64,000 bases of DNA from contig JAUPSS010000002.1 of NCBI GenBank assembly GCA_040285825.1, positions 310,001-374,000 of the forward strand, read 5' to 3'. This DNA comes from Eukaryota sp. TZLM1-RC. Lineage: Eukaryota; Protista; Metamonada: BaSk clade. Positions 1 through 10,956 of this stretch are shown in pieces. A program made the translations under genes and the position numbers. The notes beneath the pieces are model-generated. The model had not been told where the DNA came from. It did not search any database and saw nothing but the letters and a program-made list of their open reading frames with translations. How positions within the stretch are numbered: position 1 is the first letter of the stretch; the number at the start of each line of letters is the position of its first letter.

Positions 1-25
1 TGAACTGGAAACGAATCCTTCTCTA

Positions 26-2746
26 ATGCTGGTTGGCGGTTGTCTTGGCGCTGGTTCTTTCTACTTCAATGAAGACTCTTCATATTTATACTGTGTTGTA
101 GGTGGTACATTGAGAACTTATTCCACCAATACCAAACAACAAGAATTTGCTGTTGAGCTCCATAAGAAGGACATTACGTCCACAACTTATTTCCCCGAAT
201 CTCGCCAACTCTTAACCACTAGTCTTGATCAATCTGTGGTACTGTGGGATACCACTGATTGGCGTATTGTCCACATTCATAAACTAGGCACTCCTATTTA
301 CCAAGCAGTTTGTCATCCACATCTTCCTGGTATTGCTTTTATTACTATTCATAGCCGCAAAACCGCTGGACATACCACCATATGCAAACTTAGACTCGGT
401 AAGGATGCCCTCCCCTCCAATGTCTTTCACATACCCAAAATTTGCCCAGACATAACAATCTCCCACTGTGGCAATTTCCTTTTTGCAGCTTCCAAGAACG
501 CCATACTAGTCCACAACATATCCACCACCAAGAACCATGCCCTTGAACTCCCTCTTTTAGCTTCACCTGTTCTTCTTCGATCCACTCCCCTTGGTCTTAT
601 CTCTGGGGAAGAGTCTGGAAGGCTTGTTCTTTGGAGAGGCAATGTTCACAACTATAGCCACATTGCACACTACATTAAGCGTTGCGCTCACGGCCAACAA
701 CCAGATGACGAATTCCCCTCCAATACATCTCTCTCGGTGTTACATTGGCATTCTTCTTCAGTCACTGATCTTTTCCATGTTCCCGACACCAATCATCTCC
801 TCACTGTAGGAAGAGAAGGTGTACTAGTGGTGTGGGATGCTGATTCAAGAGAGAAATCATTTGTCCCTCGGTTTGGAGGTCCTTTGTTAGGGGTGATGCT
901 AGCCCCCAACGGAACCACACTTGCTGTAAGGTCTGGTATTGGTTCTATCTTTGTTTTTGATAGGAATGATACCTCCAACATTGGTGAGATTGCCTCTATT
1001 AGGCTTTGTTCTGAACAGTTTAAGTATTCAATGCCGTCTGTTATCCGTGGAGCCTTTCCTTGTCATACCCCCTTGCTTAACTCTCAAACTGTGGTGTTAC
1101 CAGACGCTTTGCCGGGAAAATTACAAGCTTATGATATGAGTAAATCAATTAAACCCCAAGTATTGGACATTACAGGCGAAGTTTACGTTTCACCTACCAT
1201 CAAGGACCAGCATTTACCGTCAATGATTACTTGCTTTGATGTTATTAAGGGTTGGGTTGCTGCTTACCATTGTAGCTTTGGCGAATCAATATTATCAGAA
1301 AAGATTGTCCCCAGCTTTGGTAACTTGAAGTTTATGGCATTTTCTAAAAGATTTGACGAAGCTGAGGTTGTTAATACTGTATATTGTCCAGTTGATTATG
1401 GTTACGCCGTGGGGTGTTATTTTCTAAGTAATACTCAGTTTTTGATTGTTTTCTCGGGTGGTGCAGTTAGAGTATATGACTTGGTCAAAAATAGTCAAGC
1501 TGAATCACGTCATTTGAGTCTTAACAACGCCAATAAGAAAAAGATCAAAATTCCAGCTCAAAAATGGGAGATTTCTGCTGAATTCCTCATCCCTACATCT
1601 ATAGATAATTCCTTTAATGCCATCAAATCAACTCCAATTGTTTCCCCAGACAGGTCTCTATTAGCTGTTGTTGTTGCTAATGTTCTAATGATCTTTTCTC
1701 TAAAGAACCAAAATTTCAAGCTAGTCAAGTCCTTTTCTCTGAAGCATAGCACAGATGAACATTACCTGCAATTCGCTGGCGCCACGATGCCTACTCTAAT
1801 AGTATCAACCAGAAATACGGTTTGCGTTTACCAACTGCCTGATTTAAAGCTGCTATATCAAGTAGAAAGGAATGATATTGTTTTAATTTCAGCTCCTCAA
1901 TTTTCGAAGCATTCTGAACTAACCTCTCAAGCCCTTTCTAATTTTCTTATCGTTTCTGGAAAGAATAAGAGTATCAAATTAGAAATGTTTTCCATTTTGA
2001 GTAGCGAACCATTGTTTTCAAGAAGGTTACCCCCATCTATCTCCACCGGTGTTGAACGTGTTTTTTGGACGTTAATTCCCTCAAAGTCCGGGTCTTTGAT
2101 CCTTTCTCCTGTTGTTCTGACCAACTTTGGGTGGCTATATGGCCTCTTGAAAGGAGAGGATCCTCTTACTGAGGTTTTTGTTCAAAAGCAAACAGACAAG
2201 AACTTTGTTAATGCTTCTGACTCTCAACATTCACAATTAGCAGAGAATGTAGGTTTGACTGATTTGCTTACCAATACTGCTGCCAATGAGTTCGAAAGTT
2301 TTTCACTCAAGGAAGATGAATTATTGAACAAGAGATCTCTGAATGAGCTCTTTTCTGCACCAGTCTTTACTCTTCCTCCCCCCTCTTCTTTAATTAAAGG
2401 AATGGGTAATTTGCTACTTGAACAAGATGCAACCACTCACTCTGGTAGCACTGTTGAAGGAATGATCAAGGTAAGTCATGAAGATGCTGTTCAGGTGATT
2501 GATTCAGCCAAGGTATTGAATGTTTACTCATCAGTAAGGAGTAACTTTAAGAATTCTCTAAAGAAAAAAGATTTGTCAATGGTCCCAACTAAGGAGAGGG
2601 ACCCTTCAGCAAGAACTAGAACCCCTAGAACCCCTAGAACCCCTAGAACCCCTAGAACCCCAAGAACCCCAAGAACCCCAAGAAGGACGAATACCCCCTT
2701 GAGAAGATCTTCACGAACCACCAGAGCAACTAGTTTTGTTGAATAA
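26..2746 (+). CDS. WDR75: WD-repeat protein WDR75/UTP17/NAN1-like (SSU processome t-UTP)
   Basis: 906 aa intact ORF with WD repeats. Block LHWHSSSVTDL...LLTVGREGVLVVWD...KSFVPRFGGPL and the C-terminal FSAPVFTLPPPSSL motif match my recollection of WDR75/Utp17. Confidence 0.8.
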   Translation: MLVGGCLGAGSFYFNEDSSYLYCVVGGTLRTYSTNTKQQEFAVELHKKDITSTTYFPESRQLLTTSLDQSVVLWDTTDWRIVHIHKLGTPIYQAVCHPHLPGIAFITIHSRKTAGHTTICKLRLGKDALPSNVFHIPKICPDITISHCGNFLFAASKNAILVHNISTTKNHALELPLLASPVLLRSTPLGLISGEESGRLVLWRGNVHNYSHIAHYIKRCAHGQQPDDEFPSNTSLSVLHWHSSSVTDLFHVPDTNHLLTVGREGVLVVWDADSREKSFVPRFGGPLLGVMLAPNGTTLAVRSGIGSIFVFDRNDTSNIGEIASIRLCSEQFKYSMPSVIRGAFPCHTPLLNSQTVVLPDALPGKLQAYDMSKSIKPQVLDITGEVYVSPTIKDQHLPSMITCFDVIKGWVAAYHCSFGESILSEKIVPSFGNLKFMAFSKRFDEAEVVNTVYCPVDYGYAVGCYFLSNTQFLIVFSGGAVRVYDLVKNSQAESRHLSLNNANKKKIKIPAQKWEISAEFLIPTSIDNSFNAIKSTPIVSPDRSLLAVVVANVLMIFSLKNQNFKLVKSFSLKHSTDEHYLQFAGATMPTLIVSTRNTVCVYQLPDLKLLYQVERNDIVLISAPQFSKHSELTSQALSNFLIVSGKNKSIKLEMFSILSSEPLFSRRLPPSISTGVERVFWTLIPSKSGSLILSPVVLTNFGWLYGLLKGEDPLTEVFVQKQTDKNFVNASDSQHSQLAENVGLTDLLTNTAANEFESFSLKEDELLNKRSLNELFSAPVFTLPPPSSLIKGMGNLLLEQDATTHSGSTVEGMIKVSHEDAVQVIDSAKVLNVYSSVRSNFKNSLKKKDLSMVPTKERDPSARTRTPRTPRTPRTPRTPRTPRTPRRTNTPLRRSSRTTRATSFVE
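2618..2680 (+). repeat. 7 x 9-bp coding tandem repeat AGAACCCC(T/A) encoding (RTP)7
   Basis: Directly visible in DNA and protein. Confidence 0.95.
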
Positions 2747-2866
2747 TTAGTTTTTAGTTTTTAGTCATTTTTTACACTTTTCTAAATTTTTATAATATAT
2801 AAATTACTGATTATTCAAAAACGAATAAGCAATAGTATTTTATTAAACAAAAATAATTCCCTATAA

Positions 2867-4069
2867 TCAACTGAGGGGAGGAATAGGTGAAGGCAAATCC
2901 CCTGTGGCTTTTATAACAGTTTTGATATCCTTAAGTCCATTTCCAGTAATTAAAACCACAACACTACTTCCTTTTTTTACAATTCCTTGTTCCAAGGCTA
3001 TTTCAAGGCCAGCATAAGAAAGAGCTGCGGCAGGTTCAGCAAAAACTCCGACTTTGGCTGCAACATCAGTTATTGCTGTGAGAATCTTCTCTTCAGGAAC
3101 TAAAACAACATCTCCAGAGGTCTGCTTCACTGCTCTAACAGCTCTAATCTTATCAGCAGGAACGCCAGCAGCAACAGAATCAGCAATAGTGGATACTTTC
3201 ACTGGTTCCTTTGTGGCGGGATCTTCATTGTTTTTGACACATTCGTACACAAAAGGAGAACCAGCTGCTTGAACAGCCAACAATCTGGGCATTCTGTCAA
3301 TAAGACCAAAATCAAACAAATCCTTAAATCCCTTAAATACTCCTGCAATAATGTTACCATCACCTACCGACACCGCTACCCAATCGGGTACTTGAAAGGC
3401 TCCAGACCCAAGACCACCACCGAGCTGTTCAGCAATTTCAAAAGATACGGTTTTCTTTCCCTCTACTGTATAGGGATTAAACCCCGTGTTTCTATTATAG
3501 TAACCATGCTGTTTGCACGCTTGGTCACACAGCTTGAAAGCATCATCATACGTACCATCAACAGTGATGACTTTACTTCCAAAGGCCATGGATTGTGCCA
3601 ATTTACCGATGGGGGCTGATGCAGGAACGTAAATGATGGTGTCGACACCACAAGATGCACCAATCCCGGCAAGAGCAGCTCCAGCATTTCCAGTAGAAGC
3701 TGTGGCGATGGTTGAAATGTTTTGGGATAGTGCCTTTGAGCAAACAAAAGCGGATGCTCTGTCCTTGAGTGATCCGGTTGGGTTGCGGCCGTCATCTTTG
3801 AAATAGAGATTGGATAGAGAAAGTTGGATAGCTAATCGTGATGCATTGACAAGAGGGGTATCGCCAACAGTGACAGATGGAATGATGGCTTCTTGATTGA
3901 GAGGCATCATTGGAAGGTATCGAAACATGCCAGGACGGTCACAAATGGGTTCATTAGGTTTGGGAATTATTACATCAAGATTGCCGTGTCCAGGATGGTC
4001 CGGGCAGACGTAAGGATGGTCAGCAGAATCAAAGATGCGATTGCAGTAGCAACAAGAGAGGGAGATCAT
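2867..4069 (-). CDS. thrC: Threonine synthase (PLP fold type II, prokaryotic-type)
   Basis: GDTPL, KDDGRNPTGSLKDR (PLP lysine), ASTGNAG, EGKKT, VSVGDGN, EPAAA and ITGNGLKD motifs, plus an N-terminal Cys cluster. Confidence 0.9.
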   Translation of the reverse strand: MISLSCCYCNRIFDSADHPYVCPDHPGHGNLDVIIPKPNEPICDRPGMFRYLPMMPLNQEAIIPSVTVGDTPLVNASRLAIQLSLSNLYFKDDGRNPTGSLKDRASAFVCSKALSQNISTIATASTGNAGAALAGIGASCGVDTIIYVPASAPIGKLAQSMAFGSKVITVDGTYDDAFKLCDQACKQHGYYNRNTGFNPYTVEGKKTVSFEIAEQLGGGLGSGAFQVPDWVAVSVGDGNIIAGVFKGFKDLFDFGLIDRMPRLLAVQAAGSPFVYECVKNNEDPATKEPVKVSTIADSVAAGVPADKIRAVRAVKQTSGDVVLVPEEKILTAITDVAAKVGVFAEPAAALSYAGLEIALEQGIVKKGSSVVVLITGNGLKDIKTVIKATGDLPSPIPPLS

Positions 4070-4169
4070 TCTTACAGATATTGTCTAAAACAACAAAATA
4101 AGTGTCCTTTTTATACTGATAAAGAGGGACTGAGTTTTTTCTCCTGGATTCCTTTTTCTTTGAACCTTT

Positions 4170-4610
4170 GTCAACCTTGGCTCTCTGTAGGTATACCGGT
4201 CTATCTCCACCATTTACATGTGATAAATACACATTTAAATATACATTTAAATCTGATTTTGTTTAGACGTCTGATGCCTCTTCCATGTCCTGGGATTCCT
4301 GCACCATTTGAATTTTTACTGTTTTCTCCGCTTTTTTATAACTACAACATCAACTGGTTCGAAACTCATCAATCGAAAAGTCCTTCTAATCAGCCTATTT
4401 ATGTAAAATTCTCAAACCTTTGCTTTTGGTAGGTTCTTTGAATTTCATGTGTTTGCTTTCACAGTCTCCTATTCCAATAAGTACTTGGCTGGGATCATCA
4501 ATTACTGATTTGAATCTCTGAATCATCCTTGCCTCAGATCTTGTGCGATTGAACTCAGCCCACTTTCATGGTTTTCTAAATTGTTTTTGATGATAGACTT
4601 CACCCCATAT
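4170..4610 (-). pseudogene. Fanzor1 (TnpB-like) relic, RuvC-II to C-terminus
   Basis: Manual minus-strand translation across stops and frameshifts: RSEARMIQRFKSVIDDPSQVLIGIGDCESKHMKFKEPTKSKGLR...IDEFRTS*CC...CRNPRTWKR...SHVNGGDRPVYLQR. Confidence 0.75.
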
Positions 4611-4614
4611 ATCA

Positions 4615-5057
4615 GGATTGAGAACTCTGAAGCTATTGTTGACTTTGTCTCATGTAATGTTGCAAATGATACTTTGGTTCACAGAAGAAAACTTAATCCT
4701 GTGACTGCTCTTGATTTTAAAGCAAAAGAGAAACATAGAATATACGACAAAGATATCAAATCTTTTCATTGTTTTTCCATTTTCTAAACGGAAGACTATC
4801 AGTAGAAGCAGGAAACTTTTTGAATGATTTCGAAAAAATGGTTCAAGAAAAAACAACGAAAAGATTTGATATCTTTTTATGGCGCTCTCAAATTCAAATT
4901 GCCATTATTAATAGATTGGCTCGGTTTTTCAATCGAATTAGAGAAGCTTTAGCTAGACAGCAAGCAGATCAAGATTTTGTAGAGGAAATCTTGGTTCAAT
5001 GAATTTCGTCCCATTAGTTATGAATTTTTTTTGTTAAGTTCACAAGTTCAATAAATC
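4615..5057 (+). mobile_element. CRE-like RLE non-LTR retrotransposon family 1, 5'-truncated and decayed
   Basis: SEAIVDFVSCNVANDTLVHRRK...FVEEILVQ and 3' end TTCAATAAAT, shared with the copies at 40.6, 47, 48 and 53 kb. Confidence 0.85.
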
Positions 5058-5395
5058 AAAAACAACAATTTATGTGTCTCATATACCTTTTTCACAAACG
5101 ATTTTTGCGATCCATACATACAGATGGATTGTTCACTTCAGTGTTTCTGAGTCGTGTGTAAAGAAGACACAGCACCAAGAGCTCTGACCTTGTTGTCTTC
5201 ACTTGCTGCTACTGTGAGGGAAGATATATCTACCCCAGAAAAGAGGTGATCAATTTTTAGAGGCATTAATTAATTTTGATCAGAGGTGAATCAAAGGTGA
5301 ATAAAATGGGAATGGGAATGGGAATGGTGATTTCACACTTGAAGATTGGTGACTTGGCTGATTCTCCTTTTCCAACTTTCCAATTCTCCTCTTTA

Positions 5396-5878
5396 ATGAA
5401 TCTTTCTACACAAGATGTAGAGGAACTAAAACAAAAGTTCAGAGAGCGCGTCAAAGCTAAATTTACCCCGTTTGATCGCTCGCACAACAATACTTGTGAT
5501 GAGAGAGAATTTGCGACTATCTTTAAATCTCTTGGTCTTGCTCCTACCGAGGAGGAAACTATACAGCTTCTTAATGAGTGCAGGGAGGACGAACCATCTT
5601 CATTCCTCCTCTACGATAAGGTTGAGCCTGTGTTGGTTAATGCTTTACTGGACAATTACACTCAAGGTCTCTATAGCCCTCCGACAAATGAACAATTGTT
5701 AAAAGCATTTCAGGTTTTGGATCCTGAACGCAAAGGATTCATTGAGACTGATGTACTTCGAGAGCTCCTTACTTCAACTGGGGAACCTTTTAGAAGCAAA
5801 GAGCTCGAAGACTTTTTTGGAATTGCAGAAGAAGACGGAATAATTGACTATCAGGCTTATATTGATAAGCTATTGTAA
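5396..5878 (+). CDS. DRC8: EF-hand dynein regulatory complex subunit DRC8/EFCAB2
   Basis: FDRSHNNTCDEREFATIFKSLG.APTE...EDEPSSFL...LLKAFQVLDPERKGFI...GEPF matches the EFCAB2 pattern. ATG at 5396 chosen as the likely start. Confidence 0.75.
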   Translation: MNLSTQDVEELKQKFRERVKAKFTPFDRSHNNTCDEREFATIFKSLGLAPTEEETIQLLNECREDEPSSFLLYDKVEPVLVNALLDNYTQGLYSPPTNEQLLKAFQVLDPERKGFIETDVLRELLTSTGEPFRSKELEDFFGIAEEDGIIDYQAYIDKLL

Positions 5879-6339
5879 ATAATTTTGATTTTATATTAAA
5901 GAATTTCAATCTTAGTATTAGTTTTTTCTCTATTTTTTGCTATTATATTTACTATACAAAACAATATTCGGTCCTATACAGGATGTCACAAGGTTGCTGC
6001 ATAGATTTCCCCTTTTCTGCACGAATTCAATGCAACTTGAACAAATTTTCTTGTCAATTTTGTTGTTTTCCGTAAATTCCACAACTTCATCATAACAGTT
6101 CAATTAATTGAACCATTTTTAATGCCATGAAATATTTGATGGTATTGGTTTTTCTAAAGCTAATTAAATAAAAATAGATCATTTCTCACAAAATTTCCAT
6201 TTGAATTTAAAGATAGATGTGAATGCTTATGGTACTATCGAGATTCATTGTCATCTTCCCATTGTGTAAAATTGCCGTCCAAAAAGGTGTCTATTAATGA
6301 AATTGTACAAATATTTAATCCCAACTATTTCCCTCCCTT

Positions 6340-6917
6340 ACAAGATTGAATCTTACAAGATTGAATCTGTTTGAGAACCTTTGCTTTCAAATTTGGCTGA
6401 TGAATCTGACAGAAATTCTTTTGGTGACAGCCGTGGTGATTTGCTAGTTCCCGGACTTGATGGATCAATGATCATTATTGATGTCAGATCTACTGATGTA
6501 TCAAACAGCTCAAATGAAAAACTGACACAATCTTATAATTCACCTTTACGTAGAGCTAAAGAAGCGAAAATTATTAATTATGCTGAAAAAATCAATAATT
6601 TGAATTCCAACTGACATACTCAATACCTTCTTTGTCATTTTGCTTTTTCTTTAATTGAAACCTTGGGTAAAACTGCGCTATCTTTGTTGGACGATTTCTC
6701 ATCTATTGTCAAAAACAGAACTGGAAGAATGATTGACCGAACCTTGTGGCAAAACAGAATTGTATTTTCTATTTTTAAGGGAATGCATAGCCTTGTTTCT
6801 AGCTCGTTGTTATCACTAGGAAAATTTTATGAAGAAAATGCTGTAGGTAAGTTTGCAATAGTAGATGTGGAGTTTGAGGAGCTTGTTCAATTCAATTCTT
6901 CAATTTTCAGTTTCTAA
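6340..6917 (+). mobile_element. CRE-like RLE non-LTR retrotransposon family 2 relative, decayed 3' part
   Basis: EPLLSNL...FGDSRGDLLVPGLDGSMIIIDVRSTDV...WQNRIVFSIFK, similar to 31284-32361. Confidence 0.75.
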
Positions 6918-7296
6918 CAGATGTCTCATTCTAAAGATAACATTTTGAGAAAATTTTATGATAAAGCAATTGTTCAAGTAAGAAGTTTAATAAATATTCA
7001 TTTTAAAGGAAGAAGTGGACACATCAATGACTTCCTCATTTGCTTCGAAAACAATGAAAGTATAATAAAAGTTTATCTCAAGACACTTTTAAAAAACAAT
7101 GTTTACAAGACTCAAAAAGGAAGTCATCAATGACTATTTATTAACAATTTATTTTTCAACAAGAATCAAAGTTGAAAGAAAAAAAACATTTACAAATAGA
7201 ATTTAAATTTGCCAAGATAGCAAGCAAATAAGTAATCCTTAACCACTAATTAAAAACTTCAAAGAAAAACCCTAGAAACACCAAAAAAAAGTGACT

Positions 7297-9927
7297 TCAA
7301 ACAAATTTCAAGTAATCAAAAATAGATTGCTGTTCGACTTCTAATTCAACATCATTATGTACAATAGATTCTTTAAGTCTACCTAAAAACTCATCAGTTG
7401 TGTGAAATGTTTCAATTACAATTTTAATACCCTCAAGATAATCGACTAAAACCGTACTCATTGAATTATGAGCATTTTGGGCAACAAAAGCCATGTTTAA
7501 ATAACAAATACACAATATTTCACCCTGAAAATTCTTAGTTATGGATTCATTTGCAAATAAAGCCTTTAAACAATTGGTACGAACCTTAAAATTTGAATTA
7601 TTAACTGCGGCCTTCATCAAGGTCAAAAAGAGCTCACTGACATGACTTCTCAAAACCGAACACGTCATATAAATAGTGCTGACGTAGCGACAACTCAGCA
7701 GTTGAGCAGCAGAATATGCCACATTCCACTTTGTTTTAGCATTGCCCACTGAAAATGAAAACTTTAATGCTTTAAAAACTTCATAAACCTTGGCTGATGG
7801 TGCCCTTTCGTCAAGAAAATGCGAGAAAACAGTTGATAACAAGCCAACTGACCGAATCAAACCCTGTCGAACTCGATCGGAAGTTGATTTAACTGATAAA
7901 AGGTTAACAACAAGAGAAATGATTGGAAAGAAACATTCAGAAAGTACAGAAACGGAATGTGATTCAAGGTCGAGTGTTACTATTTTTGGAAACACAGAAG
8001 AAATGTTGCCCAAAGTAATAGCGGAAGGTATCAAAACTGATTGAGTTTTACCTTCCGAGAACCAACGAGACACATTTTGAATAATTTGAAATACAATCAG
8101 AGGATCTGAGTAAAGAACCGGAAGCTGAATTAGAATTCCCAAGACTTTGATTGATGACGTGATAAGTCCAGAATTTCCGTGATTATGAGCTACTTCTGGG
8201 GTACTGTGAGAAATGGCATGGTTTACTATAATTTTAAGATTATCAAAATTGCTAAAAAGTGAAAACTCTGATGAATCAAAAACATTATTGACAGGAATTA
8301 ACCCGAAAATTTCAAAAATTAAGGAAATCGTTGACACCTCATCAAACACAAACAGATCAGTTAATGGGCAATCTTCTACAAGAATTTTCCAGACTTTTGA
8401 ACTTTTTTGATCCTCATCTTGTTCCTTTTCTGAGCCATTATTAATGTTTAATATATGAGTAATCATTTTGAGCAAATGGTAACGATCTTCGGTGGATTTT
8501 CCACGATTGAATTTGTATAAGTCAAGAAAAAGATTTTGCAATTCAAAATCAATATCATGTAACGTACAGACAAAGCAGGACATAAACTGTAGACATGCGA
8601 CCCTCACCACGTCATCATCGACTCTACAGTTGCCTAAAACCTGATTAAACAAACAATCCTTTACTTTTTTGCTATAAATCAAACATGTATTAATTTCGGT
8701 TCTGAAAACATTAAATAGAGAAGAAAATACAGGCAAAACAAAGGGAAAAATGAAAAAATTATTATTTGATGAGAGAATATCAAACAGAGCTGGAAATAGT
8801 GAAGCTTGGATAGAAGAAACATCAAAAAATTTGTAAAAATTGACAACGCTTGTAAAAACATGTAAAGTTTTCAATAGTTCCTTCAATACATTTGTGGATA
8901 AATTAATTTTCAACAAACAATTCAACATCGACCAAGTTCCTTTAACTACCATTGCAAGATTAGCAGATTTTGAAATGAAGGAAAGGTTCCTTCCTGATTG
9001 GGAAGGTGTGTCGTTGGCAGTCTTCAATAGTCTTGAAGAGTCGGTCAGAATTCGAGACAACAGCTCAAGACCCAAGACTTTCAAAGAAGCAGCAGAATCG
9101 CTCAATAACAAACGTGATAATGGTGTGTTTTTGACCGTTTGATGATGTGATACAGACGGAAGCAGTTCACTTATCCACTCAGTGTAATGTTTACATCCCT
9201 TGACGCAACTGGTCACAGCACAAAGTGCATTTACTTTACAATGATAATGAACAGAGTCGACCTCAACATCATCATTAATCAAGTCAAGAACAGTCAACAC
9301 ATTTATGAACGTTTCCTTGTACTGGGAGCTAGTAGAGAGGCCTGTATTGGCTTGCAAAAGTTCTCCAATTGACAGAGAGTAACATCGTAGAGCTGAACTG
9401 AGTAAAGTCAAAGTGGGAGTGGACGACTTCAGTTGAGAAGAGATTACTGAAGAGAGGAAGCGAAAGATGGGGAGCGCTTGTTGGGAGTAAATTCCTCTGG
9501 ACTTGAACATAAGATAACCGATTGACAATAACATTCTAGGGCGAAGAACGCTATCTGGAATGGAGACATAGAGGTCATGGAGAACTTTGGGAAAACTAGG
9601 CTGCTTTGTTGGAAAGGGAGGGGAAGAGCTATCAAAAGCAAGAAGAGATGATAGTGCACCAAGGGTTTCGTACAGCAGGAGCCGTAAGGGTTCTGTTTTA
9701 GTGGGGGTTGTAATAATATGATTGATAGTAGAGAAGAAAGAAGAAGAGAGACCAGAGAGAGTCGACGCTGAGAGTGTAGGTTGTTTGTCACGAAAGAGTT
9801 TGGAGGTTGTGACCATCAAATCACGGAAGTCATCAATGGATGGAGTATCAGGAGGACTGTAATTGTTCAAATGTGCAATGAGAGAACTGACATGTGCGTT
9901 GTAGAGTTCTAAAAGAGGTGTTTGCAT
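7297..9927 (-). CDS. HEATR6: HEAT/ARM repeat protein, HEATR6-like
   Basis: Long helical-repeat ORF with SFISKSANLA, GNAKTKWNVAYS and NSNFKVRTNC motifs. First ATG at 9927. Confidence 0.7.
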   Translation of the reverse strand: MQTPLLELYNAHVSSLIAHLNNYSPPDTPSIDDFRDLMVTTSKLFRDKQPTLSASTLSGLSSSFFSTINHIITTPTKTEPLRLLLYETLGALSSLLAFDSSSPPFPTKQPSFPKVLHDLYVSIPDSVLRPRMLLSIGYLMFKSRGIYSQQALPIFRFLSSVISSQLKSSTPTLTLLSSALRCYSLSIGELLQANTGLSTSSQYKETFINVLTVLDLINDDVEVDSVHYHCKVNALCAVTSCVKGCKHYTEWISELLPSVSHHQTVKNTPLSRLLLSDSAASLKVLGLELLSRILTDSSRLLKTANDTPSQSGRNLSFISKSANLAMVVKGTWSMLNCLLKINLSTNVLKELLKTLHVFTSVVNFYKFFDVSSIQASLFPALFDILSSNNNFFIFPFVLPVFSSLFNVFRTEINTCLIYSKKVKDCLFNQVLGNCRVDDDVVRVACLQFMSCFVCTLHDIDFELQNLFLDLYKFNRGKSTEDRYHLLKMITHILNINNGSEKEQDEDQKSSKVWKILVEDCPLTDLFVFDEVSTISLIFEIFGLIPVNNVFDSSEFSLFSNFDNLKIIVNHAISHSTPEVAHNHGNSGLITSSIKVLGILIQLPVLYSDPLIVFQIIQNVSRWFSEGKTQSVLIPSAITLGNISSVFPKIVTLDLESHSVSVLSECFFPIISLVVNLLSVKSTSDRVRQGLIRSVGLLSTVFSHFLDERAPSAKVYEVFKALKFSFSVGNAKTKWNVAYSAAQLLSCRYVSTIYMTCSVLRSHVSELFLTLMKAAVNNSNFKVRTNCLKALFANESITKNFQGEILCICYLNMAFVAQNAHNSMSTVLVDYLEGIKIVIETFHTTDEFLGRLKESIVHNDVELEVEQQSIFDYLKFV

Positions 9928-10602
9928 CAAGATAATGAACAATTTAATATTTCAATTTTAGAAAAACATAAATTTTTTGGAAAAAAAACCAAACTTTAAC
10001 ACTTGAAACTAGTGGTGTTCACAGAACAGCATGTTGAACAAGTTCAAGTTTTTGATGTAGTCAGCAATTTTCCGCCTTACAACCGTTTTGGTTGAATATC
10101 GAATGTACTGCTATATCACATTTACAAGCTCTAGCAGAACATTCAATTTCAGAGACAGCCAAGTTCACTTATCAGTACAATATCAGCTTTAAACCTATGG
10201 TGTTAGTTAGCGCTGAAAAAAGGCAGTAAAAAAATCTACTCAGTCTATTAAACAAATTGATCCTCCACAGAAAAAATAAAGGTATTAGCCAATTGCAACC
10301 CATTTTTTTTGTTTTTCATCATTACCGAATGAAATTTTGATTTTTAAAAGTTTTTTGAGGGTTTTCTGGCAGAAGGAAACCTTGTAAGTTCAAACATATC
10401 AAACAGGGTGTTCTAACCATTGTCAGTGCAAAACAATGAATCCAAACAAAATTATCCAACTATGCTAGTAGCTGATTCAAAACAGAATTACTATAGATTC
10501 ATTAACTTTTTGATAAAGAAGATAAAAATTTGGGCTGAAATTTGTTAAAGGTTCTGCAAAAATTCAAAAATATCAAGAAAAAGTGAATTTCACAATGGAG
10601 GA

Positions 10603-10752
10603 AGTCAAAACAGTGAATGTGGCGTCTATTGGGATAGGGATGTTAACAGTGCTCTAAACATGTACAGGATTACGTACTCTCATATTCATGATAATTGTAG
10701 ACCAATGGTACTGCAACGATCAGTGAGTGTGAGTGTGGGAAAAATAGTTTAG
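10603..10752 (+). pseudogene. Fanzor C-terminal relic (Zn finger half plus RuvC-III)
   Basis: Manual translation SQNSECGVYWDRDVNSALNMYRITYSHIHDNCRPMVLQRS*. The upstream 10.0-10.6 kb may be further decayed Fanzor. Confidence 0.7.
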
Positions 10753-10835
10753 AGTATTAGTTTAAAGATTTATTAGCATGGATAGAAACATGGATATTTT
10801 GATTACCAACCTTATAAAAAAGCCAAGTTCCTTAC

Positions 10836-10956
10836 TGTAGATATCTCACTAGTGAGTACCTAAGTATATAGAATAACATTAAATAAAATTATCTTTATCT
10901 TAACCCACCTTAACTAACCCCTACATACACAGCTAGCATAATGCCTAACGGCAACA
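10836..10956 (+). repeat. 5' LTR, family A (TG...CA, 121 bp)
   Basis: Homologous minus-strand copy at 58004-58129, with shared downstream sequence ATAATTATTGTGCGT.ACAGGCAC. Confidence 0.8.

Noticed and set aside
4080-4260. Riboswitch or U6-like RNA (ACAGAGA) upstream of threonine synthase
   Set aside because: No other conserved elements are present, and the stretch is explained as the Fanzor C-terminal coding relic.
5100-5270. Possible snRNA (Sm-like AATTTTTAG) or short ORF upstream of DRC8
   Set aside because: No recognisable U1/U2/U4/U5 motifs. Left unannotated.
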